Below are positions 15,634 through 27,900 of a stretch of DNA of 64,000 bases, one piece after another. Below the pieces are notes generated by a model. That model did not search any database. It had not been told where the DNA came from and saw nothing but the letters and a program-made list of their open reading frames with translations. The stretch spans positions 29,711-93,710 of the forward strand of contig NIVC01003518.1 of the NCBI GenBank assembly GCA_002269645.1. The letters run 5' to 3'. This stretch comes from Macrostomum lignano (taxonomy: Eukaryota). Numbering within the stretch: position 1 is the stretch's first letter; each line of letters opens with the position of its first letter. A program made the translations under genes and the position numbers.

Positions 15634-17268
15634 ACTCTCGCTCCCAGATCCTCACTATCGCTCCCAGATCCTCACTCTCGCTCTCAGATCCTCACTCTCG
15701 CTCCCAGATCCTCACTCTCGCTCCCAGACCCTCACTCTCGCTCCCAGATCCTCACTCTCGCTCCCAGATCCTCACTCTCGCTCCCAGACCCTCACTCTCG
15801 CTCCCAGATCCTCACTCTCGCTCTCAGATCCTCACTCTCGCTCCCAGATCCTCACTCTCGCTCTCAGATCCTCACTCTCGCTCTCAGATCCTCACTCTCG
15901 CTCTCAGATGCTCACTCTCGCTCTCAGATCCCCACTCTCGCTCTCAGATCCCCACTCTCGCTCCCAGATCCTCACTCTCGCTCCCAGATCCTCACTCTCG
16001 CTCTCAGATCCTCACTCTCGCTCCCAGATCCTCACTCTCGCTCTCAGATCCTCACTCTCGCTCCCAGATCCTCACTCTCGCTCTCAGATCCTCACTCTCG
16101 CTCTCAGATCCTCACTCTCGCTCCCAGATCCTCACTCTCGCTCCCAGATCCTCACTCTCGCTCCCAGATCCTCACTCTCGCTCTCAGATCCTCACTCTCG
16201 CTCCCAGATCCTCACTCTCGCTCCCAGATCCTCACTCTCGCTCCCAGATCCTCACTCTCGCTCCCAGATCCTCACTCTCGCTCCCAGATCCTCACTCTCG
16301 CTCCCAGATCCTCACTCTCGCTCTCAGATCCTCACTCTCGCTCCCAGATCCTCACTCTCGCTCCCAGATCCTCACTCTCGCTCCCAGATCCTCACTCTCG
16401 CTCTCAGATCCTCACTCTCGCTCCCAGATCCTCACTCTCGCTCTCAGATGCTCACTCTCGCTCTCAGATGCTCACTCTCGCTCTCAGATCCCCACTCTCG
16501 CTCTCAGATCCCCACTCTCGCTCCCAGATCCTCACTCTCGCTCCCAGATCCTCACTCTCGCTCTCAGATCCTCACTCTCGCTCCCAGATCCTCACTCTCG
16601 CTCTCAGATCCTCACTCTCGCTCCCAGATCCTCACTCTCGCTCTCAGATCCTCACTCTCGCTCTCAGATCCTCACTCTCGCTCCCAGATCCTCACTCTCG
16701 CTCCCAGATCCTCACTCTCGCTCCCAGATCCTCACTCTCGCTCTCAGATCCTCACTCTCGCTCCCAGATCCTCACTCTCGCTCCCAGATCCTCACTCTCG
16801 CTCCCAGATCCTCACTCTCGCTCTCAAATCCTCACTCTCGCTCCCAGATCCTCACTCTCGCTCTCAGATCCCCACTCTCGCTCTCAGATCCTCACTCTCG
16901 CTCCCAGATCCTCACTCTCGCTCCCAGATCTCCACTCTCGCTCCCAGATCCTCACTCTCGCTCCCAGATCCTCACTCTCGCTCCCAGATCCTCACTCTCG
17001 CTCCCAGATCCTCACTCTCGCTCCCAGATCCTCACTCTCGCTCCCAGATCCTCACTCTCGCTCCCAGATCTCCACTCTCGCTCCCAGATCCTCACTCTCG
17101 CTCTCAGATCCTCACTCTCGCTCCCAGATCCTCACTCTCGCTCCCAGATCCTCACTCTCGCTCCCAGATCCTCACTCTCGCTCCCAGATCCTCACTCTCG
17201 CTCTCAAATCATCACTCTCGCTCCCAGATCCTCACTCTCGCTCCCAGCTCCTCACTCTCGCTCCCAGA
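15634..17268. repeat. 20-bp tandem satellite, array B (C[C/T]CAGATCCTCACTCTCGCT)n, about 80 units, with a 560-bp higher-order duplication
   Basis: Direct reading; the variant pattern starting at 15901 recurs at 16461. Confidence 0.97.
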
Positions 17269-17384
17269 ACTCCCAGAGCGGGGCCATCAGCTGCTAATTT
17301 TCTACTCCACTGTCATGGTTTTATGTAATTAGATGGAACCAAAAGCGGCCTGGGTCGCCCGCTATTCTAATGGAGATGTGACGA

Positions 17385-17735
17385 CTAGTGGACGACTCCG
17401 ATGGACTTCAGCTGGCCTGCTGGGCTGTCACCGTCTGCTGCTGGTGGGGGGAGGGTCCGGCACTTTCCTGTCGCGCTGACCTGCTTCAGCATCCAAAGGA
17501 TCTTGTTTTGCGCTGCGAATTCGGCAAGACCATCCAGTACAAAGAGCGAAGTCACATGGTGCTGCTGCCGAGATTGACATGGCGGTGCCCGGTGAACGCA
17601 GTCGAGCGACACATCCAACGGATTGCGGTCAGCGGAGGGTGTTCGACGAGAACTGTAATCCGCGCACAGTCTGCGTAGAGGAGGTGCCACCTGGGCGTCA
17701 GTGCTTGGCCTCCCAGTGTCTGACATCATGCGCAC
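17385..17735 (-). pseudogene. Possible decayed LINE ORF1 (RRM-like) fragment
   Basis: VSLDCVHRAPP...FAAQNKILWMLKQ loosely resembles the L1/L2 ORF1 DRAHR...K..IL motif; GC-rich island between repeats. Confidence 0.25.
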
Positions 17736-17931
17736 TGGTTACTGGAGGAGTGAGGCTGTGCAGCGACACCTCCCTCGGTTTCATCAGGTAGCTGCAAATT
17801 TTGCCAGTAGTGTCTCAGCCCTGTTTTAGCTCCCCTTTTTCTGCTCCTATCTTCTTGCTTGCTTTGGGTTTGGGGGCCGCTTTGTGTATCGCCTCTCGAT
17901 TGCTTCTCGCCAAAAATAATATTGCTGATCA

Positions 17932-18520
17932 CAAGGAGTTAGTATTCACTTAAGTGCATCAGGTCAACCGTTTTTTGCACACGCAATGGGTTCCGTGACA
18001 ATATTTGTGTTCTCCGGGATTTTATTTGGTAATATTCAATAATATCCCGTAAAATCTTTATGTCTATGGTTTATACGAGATTACACATGCCTTTTTCGGG
18101 AGTTATTTTCATAAATCCATCGGGCCTCAGGCCCTCGTGATTTATACAAATAACTCCCTCAAAAGGCATGTTTAATCTGATACTTAGTTCGAAAAATTTC
18201 ACAAAGCCGTCTAAACAGTTTGTGATATGAAATTGTTTTGAAATAAAGTACATACTAAGTTCAGTCTAATTTATGAGTTAATAAGCACTTCTCTGAGTAT
18301 TCATAAGAGTACAGATATATTTACCATAGATCAGCTCTGATTGAGCTTGACAACAGGCACTAGTCGGCAAACTGCGCTAATTATCGGCACACAAATTAAT
18401 GTATCAGAATCAACCAATTTTGACCTTCGCTAGGATATAAGATATAAAAGCACGTTGCATAGTGAGAATATACTTTCTCGGCAAGGACATGAAGAGTGCG
18501 GGACTTCTTGAATCGGCTCT
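17932..18520 (+). repeat. Dispersed repeat, copy 2, containing an extra palindromic segment
   Basis: Homologous to 14934-15400; a hairpin is present at 18077-18179. Confidence 0.85.
18077..18179. repeat. Imperfect palindrome (~50-bp arms, GGGCC-TCA-GGCCC centre)
   Basis: gagattacacatgcctttttcgggagttattttcataaatc...gatttatacaaataactccctcaaaaggcatgtttaatctg. Confidence 0.8.
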
Positions 18521-18937
18521 CGCTTGGACTTTACTGCTAACCGTAATTGGTAAGCCATTTGTTGACTGTTAAAATATTAGTCCTGGTGTTTACTTATAGC
18601 TAGTTACATGTAGTTACATGCAGAGGTCAATATAGTCGCAAACGAGCTCTAAAAAATGGGGTCGTGCGCACGGATTCTAATCTGGGGTTGTTTTGCGGGA
18701 GAGAGCGAGTAGCCTCGACCGTTAAGCAATTCTACCACTGTATGAAATATTTACCATCTAGCTTTAGACCAGAGGCACGTCTTTGCATTAGGTTCACGAT
18801 ATTTCACAGATTGTGATGAGCAAATTCTCAAGTTAAATAAAATTTTGCGTTCGTGTCAACTACTCGTATATCAACGCAGGTTGGAAGCTGCATTGCAAAA
18901 ACTTAAAAGTAGACTACTAATTACATGCGATGTAGCT

Positions 18938-21900
18938 ATGAAACAATTGATTTTCAGCCAACTATCAGCGCTTTTTGGTGTTTAATGATTGATACTTATA
19001 AAATTTTACCAGTGTATATTTAATTTTAACATTGCAGCGACTGCTGCAGGCCTGGAATGCCATGATCAAGAAAGCACAAATCACACAATAAAATGCTCGG
19101 ATCATCAGAAAACTTGCGCTCGAAGCTACTTTAGCGACGGTGTAAGAATACTAACAGTGCAAAGTGTTAATTCGAATCTACGAATTTCAAAGTCAGATTT
19201 TCAAAAAAATGTTATCGTCTCACTTCTAATTTTAGAAATTTATGGGTGCTTCCTGTGGCGATTGCACCAAGTTTCATTTCGCCGCGCTCTCAGTCGGATT
19301 AACGGCGTTCTGCAAAACCTGCAGCGACGACAAGTGCAACTCTGCTAAGCTAACAAACGGCTTATGTAAGCTTCGGTGCGAATCAAAAATGCAGTAGTAA
19401 GCAAGGAAGATCATACATACACAAGATGGGCCACTCATTAACCACTTATGTGGCCATAGAAGCTAATGTGAATAATTGTGCCACTCGCGACAGCACGAAA
19501 ATCAACTACTGCACTCAATTTCGTCAGTAGTCTCTGCAGTGCATGCATCATTCTTAGTTTGATTGAGTATAGCTTTTTATATAATTCACGAGAATTTCTA
19601 TCCAATTCTTAAAAAATAGCGTCTATGTCCCTAAGCTACAGAACTCAAATTTATAAGCAATCAATTATTTAAAGCTTGTTTTTTCCTGATCTTGTCTAAT
19701 TGATAAAAATTATCTAGTACATGCACGTGTAGATAGTAATACAAGTAGCTAATAAAAAAACAGGAGCGTCGCCAGGGGGGACAGGGGGGACATGTCCCCT
19801 CCAGTAAAAAATCTGGGGCAAATGCCAATGCTTTGTCTCCCCCTTACCCCACCTTTTGTATGACCCGTTGTGGAAATCAATCATCTTGCTGCAAGGCGAC
19901 AAAACATAGCGCCTGCGGCGCCAAAATGAGTGCCTGCGGCGCCAAAATGGTGCCTGTGGCGCCAAAATAAGTGCCTGCGGCGCCAAAATGGTTCCTGTAG
20001 CACTAAATTGAGTGCTGACAACACTGCTGATTCTGAAAATAATGTACATGCAGCAGTTTTGTAATATAATCCACCATAAAATCCAATGCGACGTCCTTTG
20101 AAAATAAGCATAAGAAAGTCAGTTGTTGCAAAAGCCTATTTTATAATAACACTTCAGCTTTCAGGCCTCAATTCTCCTGCTCGGTCGGATCCAACTTGAT
20201 TGTGCTCTGCAACACCGGGGTCAGCGTGTGTTTTCGAGCTAAATACAGCAATGGAGTAAGTTACGCTCGTATTTATTGCTAGAATTAGTCGTGTGACTAA
20301 ATGAGCATCTTATTTCTTTTTTGTTATAAATACAGCGTACAATAAGCGGTTGCGGCGAGTGTGCCGGCATCATGGCTAAGGCCTTGAAAGAGAAAAAAGC
20401 AGTCGCATGCAAAACCTGTTCGGCAGCTAAGTGCAATACCGAAGTTCTATTGACTGTCGAAGGTAAGCAAATCTACATTTACTGTGCATAATCAGATTTG
20501 TTATTAGTTAATAAAGAAAGAAGCAAATTTCAATGACAAGTTACAAGTTACACAATATTAATTGGAAACGCCTTTAGTAGCAAAGGAAGTAGCAAGTAGC
20601 AAAATGACAAAATAAAGCCTTCACAAAGATAACTTCCTTAAATAGACAGCATCCCAATTACCGCAACTATCCCCCAGAATGAAAGCGTTCTCCAGATAGA
20701 CAGTATCCCCCAGATAGAAAGCATGCCCTAGATACCAAGCATCCCAGATAGCAAGCATAGCAAGCATCCCTGAATAGAAAGAATTCTTAGCTAGCAAGTA
20801 CCCCCCAATACAAGCATCCCCCAAATACAATACTAGCAATTAAGCATCCCCCAGAAAGCAAGCATAATTTAAATTGATCGAACACTCTGTAAAAAAGATC
20901 AGGTTGCTGCGCCACAACGAAACAACAGTATAACAAAATAATTTAAAAAGGCTCAGCGAATTCTAAAACTTTCGTCAATTGTGATCGCAATCTTCAAGTC
21001 ACCAGCATTTACCTTTGTCGCACTGTCTGCAACGGATTTTGTGTCGTTAGAATTCATATTTTGCGCTGTTGGCTAAAGTAAATTAAAAAGTAACAGCAAA
21101 ATCATTTTGCTTGATTAGGGTTAGCATTTTATCGGTCTTAACAGCACTCAAGCTTGACAATGACTTTATTAGCTATTTGTTTTAAATCATACACACTGAT
21201 AGCCGTAGGTCTACATGGAATGTAAATGAATTCTTAGTTTTCTCACGATGCTTTGGAAACAAAATGCTGCTATAGAGGAAAACAATTTCTTATGAATATC
21301 CACCCTATATTGATTTCGAATGTTACATATGAATTGTTCCAATTGTTTGCCAGCGCCTACGCCAAAAACGGAGTGTCAACCTAGCGCCGCTGTCGACCCG
21401 AAAATCCCGGCAAAATGCGTCTACTTTCAAAATGAGCACAGCGACGAGGTAAGTGCTCTGAACAACTCGATCTACTCAAGATCAAGTTTTGTACGAGCTA
21501 TATACAAAGCCATCTTTTTTTACAGAAAACGATTATTGCTACTTGCGGAGACTGTGTCAGCTTTTCTAAGTACGCCGACAAAGCGCTAATCTCAACTACT
21601 TGCCAGTCTTGCACTGCAGATACGTGCGCTGCCGAACCATCAATGGCGAAAGTTGGTAAGTATATAGCTGTCTTTTTAATAATTAAGGCTTTTAATCAGA
21701 ATATACTTATTATGAGACGCTTTTTAATAATATTATTGAGCTTTTCGATTCTTATCCGACTAGCAGTGAATTTTCATGTCAAATACTAAAACATTCTGCT
21801 TATTGCAGAGCCAGCTGCTAAAGGCTTAAAGTGCTTCGTTAGTTTCGACCAAAAATCCAAAGTCAAGACGCTAGCAATGTGCAAAGCAGGCGTGAGGCAA

Positions 21901-24900
21901 TGTCACAGAGCCGAGTCTAAAAGCGGACGGGTAAGTCAGACAAACCTCTGTTGGAAGGCGCATGCAGTATTGTTTATTAGTGTATTATTGACAAAGAACA
22001 TTCTTGTGTTTTCAGAATTTTCTACATTCGGGTTGCGGTGACTGCTCGGAAGCCAGTGAGGAAACTAAGAGTTTAGGACGCTTCGCGCGTGTTGAATGCA
22101 AATCCTGCAACACAAACGGATGCAATACGCCAAGCCTAACATTCGATAAATATGGTAATAAATATCTTCGCGGATTATTTATAATTTTTGGTAACATTTT
22201 TCGATTTTTGTCGATAGGACGGTAATTTTAGATTTTTTAAATCAGTTTCTTCACTAAATACGCAGTGTCCCTGGACAGAGTAGTTAGTAAATACGGCCAG
22301 GCAGTCCTTCTTTCAGGAGCTGCTTATGTTTGATTAAGTAGGCTACAGTACTAGCAGAAGTATGACCTGCACCTACAGCCAGGACTGCTTATTTTTAGGA
22401 TGAATAATTTTCTCGAAATGAACAATTGAATAAAACTACTGTAAAGGCGTCATACTGCTGTGTACAAATACACAAAAGAATGAAAAAGCGACTTCATAGA
22501 TATTAGTTTCGAAGCTTGCCGTACTTTTGTCACTTTATTTGTAATATTTTCCGTTCCGTTAGGGTCATACATTTACGTACCTGTATACTAATATATTTTT
22601 CTCAAACATTTTCACTTTTTAGAATCACATTTACGATGACTTACTAATTAAAAACTCTTATTTATTACAGAAGAGGCTAGAAAATGTTATGAAGGCGAAG
22701 ACAAAAGTTATACGATATTGTGCAAATTTTCGGTATGGACATGCATGCGAAGTTACTTCAGCGACGGGGTAGGTCAAATTAATTTATTGTATACTCTCGG
22801 TATAGCTAACAGGGCAGAAAGATATGCCATGTTAGCTATCAGAAAGCTAACAGGGCATATTAGAAATATATTAAACATATTATACAACATAATATAAAAC
22901 ATAATAATAAAACATGATATAAAAAATAATAATATTAATATTAAACTATATTATTATATTATTAATAAATAATAATATAAAACATAATATGAAACATATT
23001 ATATTAGAAATATGACAGGGCATATTTCTGATTACAATAAATCAGAAAGCTAACTTCTACAGAAAGATATCAACAGTTTATATTTGTATCTGATTTATTC
23101 CAGACATTTATGAGCGCGGGTTGCGGAAGCTGCGACAAGTTGCATGCGGAAGCCAAAGCACTTGGAAAGACGGCTATTTGCAGAACTTGCAGCACTAACG
23201 AGTGTAATTCAGCCAGTTTGATGGCAGGTGTTGGTAAGTATAGCTTCAGTTATTATTTCCTCATTTTCTTTGATTTCTTAATTTCTTAATCCTTAGAGCG
23301 ACGTCAGAAACGTTACACTCCGCCTAAAATGCGATTGCCACTTCCTAGTTAAATCAACCTACTTCTTCCAAGTTAGCAGCTATAATCAGGTAACCCAGAA
23401 GACGGAAGAGTTAACTAGGAAGACGGAATAATTGTTTCGTTTACGCTCTCGCAATGATCGTCGCGGAAATTTAGGAGTCCTACTCGAATTTTTCTACTGC
23501 AGCTAGTAGCACCCAAAGATTTTTTCGGTAGTAGTGATTCAAATAGGCTATTCCGGATTTAACAATAGTGTAAGATGAAGATTTAGTATATTGTGATAAT
23601 TTGTTCTGATTATAAATGGCCTTAGAAGTAGCACGAATAAACAATTAAAGTATTTTGCTTTATTTAAGTGCTGTTAATTCAAACCGGATTTTTAACTAGG
23701 ACGCGATCTATTTCTTATTACTAGTTTAACCTTGAATATTCACATTGGCTTCAACTTATTTATGCGGGACTTTTTGTGCATGGGGGTTAATCCTCAGGGT
23801 GTTAATCGCAAGTCAACCCCATAGGCCAATTTTCTTGTACCCCCAAAGTTATCAACTGATGCAAAATAGCGTTTGACATTTGCATTTTTCACTTGGGGCA
23901 AATAAAACTGGGTTAGCTACCGATCATGCTCAGTGCACAATCGGGTGCTACATGTAGCATGCAATTACCTTATAAGATTTCCGTGTAAGAAGGTCCTGAT
24001 ATTTATGCTTATTTCCTGATTAATGTAATTCAATATTAAGTGACGAAATTCTTTGGTTTCTACATTAGTTGCAGAAAACCCACCGTCAGTTTTCGTGCTG
24101 ATTTACAATGAATGCCGTTTTCATTGCAGAATTCCGTGAGTTCTTTCGCTGCCACGTGGCTAATTTTGGCAGAAGATCTTTTACTTCAGTGTGCAATCAT
24201 GGTGTTACTACCTGCTATGAAGCTGAACTTACTGATGGGGTGAAAATTTTGAAGCAAATTTTTTTATTGACAAAATTGAAATTAATTATTTCAACTTCCA
24301 AGTCAATTTGATTTTTTCTTAAACTTGCAGGAAAGGATGGCAAACTGTGGCACCTGTGCAGAGGTTAATAAAAACAAAAAGACAGCCAAAATTTGCAAAA
24401 CTTGCAACACTCCACTATGTAATGTGGGCCTTCTAAAGCCCTCTCAAGGTAAAGAAATTATTGTTGAAGTGACTTAATTTATTAGTATTCTAGAGACAGT
24501 GGCACCTACCAAAAGACAGGGGTACCCACCAATAGACAGTGACCAAGAGACAGTGACCAAAAGACTGTGACCAAGAGACAGTGACCAAGAGACAGTGACC
24601 AAGAGACAGTGACCAAGAGACAGTGACCAAGAGACAGTGACCAAGAGACAGTGACCAAGAGACAGTGACCAAGAGACAGTGACCAAGAGACAGTGACCAA
24701 GAGACAGTGACCAAAAGACTGTGACCAAGAGACAGTGACCAAGAGACAGTGACCAAGAGACAGTGACCAAGAGACAGTGACCAGAGAGACAGTGACCAAG
24801 CGACAGTGACCAAGAGACTGTGACCAAGAGACAGTGACCAGAGATACAGTGACCAAGCGACAGTGACCAAGAGACTGTGACCAAGAGACAGTGACCAAGA

Positions 24901-27900
24901 GACAGTGACCAAGAGACAGTGACCAAGGGACAGTGGCGCCCACCAAGAGGCAGTGGCGCCCACCAAGAGACAGGGGTGCCCACCAAAATGCCTAATTTGT
25001 AGGCCCTTCCCTGGTAAAATGTACTGAAATTAGGCAACTCATAGCTATAGCAGCACATCAATAAACTTTAAAAGAAGATTGCATACTTTTTTATCCGATA
25101 CAGACTTTGAGTGCTACGTGAGCTTCAATAATTCAGTAAACGTTGTGGAAAAATGCCCGCCGGGAGTAAAAAGCTGTTTCCGAGCCAAATCCACTGATGG
25201 GGTAAGTCGGTTTGATAAGCATACTTGTTTTTTGATGTGTGTAATTTAAATTGTGTAACGATTGTGTAACGAATGCCCATTCCGCTAATCCCTGAACGGC
25301 CGACGCGTCGCTATAGATGATTGATTATCCATAGTCGGCTCGAAGGCCATGATAAAAGGTTGGTGGGCTACCCTAGAAGGGGCGCGGTACCCACCCGGCC
25401 GCTCCACCTAACCGGGCAGTAGGCCAAAAGAACCCTCAAGGCTGGCCCGACACCAGGAGGGGGACCACTTGCGACCGGACAACTCCCCGGCCTTCCAGCT
25501 TATTGGCACGATCAACACCTTAGGCATTAGAGCGTACGTTGAGCAGTACCACGGCCCGCATACCCAAGTTCGGCAAAAGCCACTGGATGGTCCCCAGCGC
25601 CGGAGCCCAGTCTATCCGGCAGCCCTAGGGTCTGCCTTGAACACTCGCGGCCCGGACGGATACCCCTGAGTCGGCTTGCGAGACAGCGTGGGGGGGGGGT
25701 CTGCGGCTGCCAGCGGCAAATCTAGGGTGCAGACCTCCCACCAGCCTTTACCTGCTGAAGATAAGGGCATGGTCTGTCTCATACTTCACTATCATGCTGA
25801 ATATGCCCCTGCGAGCGAATCACTTCATATAGAGAACCGTGAAAATGCATACAGGAAAAATAATATTTCCGGGTTTTTTCCTGGTAGAAATTAATATCAC
25901 AATAAAATTAGTTAAAAACGAAACTCTATTTAAATATCTTGAGCATGCGTTCCACTGAATCGATGATAAAACGACACAAAAAATTGCGTATACACATGTA
26001 TCTACAACCAAATTGTCAAACTACACCAGTATAATTTTATATGGAAACTTTCTATTAGTGTATGCACTATTCATGTCGCAGTTTTTTTGAGAGTCTACAT
26101 TGATTCCTCATACTGTTCATGGTAAAATATATTTAATGTTCTTTAAGGAATTCGACAGAAAATTTAATTGATAGTCAAATTAATTTTAAGGCGGTATTCA
26201 TTGCTGCCTGCGGGAATTGCGAGCCGTTCAATTCTCACATCAAAGGAGCAGCCGAGGGTGTCACTTGCAAGGCCTGCGGCACGGAACGGTGCAATTCGGC
26301 CCAACCGCCGGAAAAAGCTGGTGAGAATTTATTTTCAGAAACTGACATACTGTAAAAGGAAATTTACACAAAAGCACATAGGGCATTCGTATCGTATGCA
26401 GTTTTATAGAAAATATTATAGATAACACACTTAAACCGACGCAGAGTTAGTCAATTAATTTGAGAGCGACTAAATCGGAAGATTTTATTGTGTCCAAAGA
26501 TGACGTCATAATCACTAGTTAATGTTGGACACGTCAATAATAACGTCATGCATCACGGATGTACTAGTCCGTGTTTAACCCGATCCATAGAGAGACAGCT
26601 AGCAGTCCGATGTCTAAATTGATATTTATAATATTTAACTTAATTTATACCACAATTTAATACGCGTCTATTTAACGTACATGTACGGGCGTATCTTATT
26701 ATCAGCCACTGAAGGCATCGAGTGTAACATTAACTTTGGAACCGGCGCTAGCACAACGGTGAAATGTGGAGCAACAGTCCGGTCCTGTTTCCGAGCCGAG
26801 CTAAAGGACGGGGTAGGACTATTCGGGATGTGAATTTTATTCAGCAGCGAAGCAACTATAGGCGAAATTTATCTACAAAAATTACTCTGCAATTTCAGAA
26901 GGAATTCGCCTCTTGTGGCGATTGCAATGGGGCTACTGCTCTGTTTGGGCGTATTGGAAATTTGGTCAGGTGCGATGCCTGTTTTACTGATCGATGCGGT
27001 TCAATGCAAGGTAAGAAGTACTATACTAGTAACAGTGTCCCCTGACTGACTCGTATATTACGGTCGTAATTTTACCAGTAAAATACCGGTATCTATCTGA
27101 GTGATTAGCGATATGGCCAATGTGTAAATATTTTAATTGTTAACTGAAAAAAACGATACCAATAATGAGGTCGCTACACTTCAGCCGTCAAACTTGCATC
27201 GAGACTCGCGTGTTACACCTATGCCAGCAAAACTTTAAGAACGGAGATAGGATGCAGCCCCGGACAGACGAGCTGTTTTCTGGCTGAATTCAGTAGCGGG
27301 GTAATTCAAGGCCTACTAATCGCTGTTTCATTGTAGTAGATAAAGCTGCATTGATAACTTTAGTAATTTCCAAGCAATTTTACCTTACAAATCTTTCCAG
27401 TCTGTCTCAGGTGGTTGCGGAGACTGCTCCCGTAGTAAGACTTTTGCTAATGGTATGAGACAGTCTGTCAATTGCAGCACCTGTACCACAGACAAGTGCA
27501 ATACGTTTTCGTCAACATCTGGAGCTGGTAAGTAGCTCGTAGTACCTAACTGCTTTTGGTATGCTATTTTAGAATAGAGATGAAGAAGTAAAGATTTTTT
27601 TATTTTTTTTATTAGAGGCAGGGGGTTGTGTACACCCTGGCGCACTTTAAGCGACATAGGCACACAACCGGCGAGAGGCATTACTGCCCATTCCGCCGAC
27701 TCCCCTGAGCAGGCATAGCTCGTACAAGCGCGGATACGTACGCAGGCACACACTCACACAGGAGTGTACAGCGGCCCTAACTTTATATTATCGTTAGGCA
27801 TGTACACTTCACTGCGCCTTGGGGGGTTGGCTCTCAAGGCCGTTAATTGCACGAGCAGAGCCAAGCCGAGATTCCAATTCAGCCCCAAATTAATGTGACT

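Noticed and set aside
12356-17332. Long repetitive ORFs (224-474 aa) in the 20-bp arrays, and CRISPR-like appearance
   Set aside because: These are stop-free translations of tandem repeats. There are no unique spacers or cas genes, and the context is eukaryotic.
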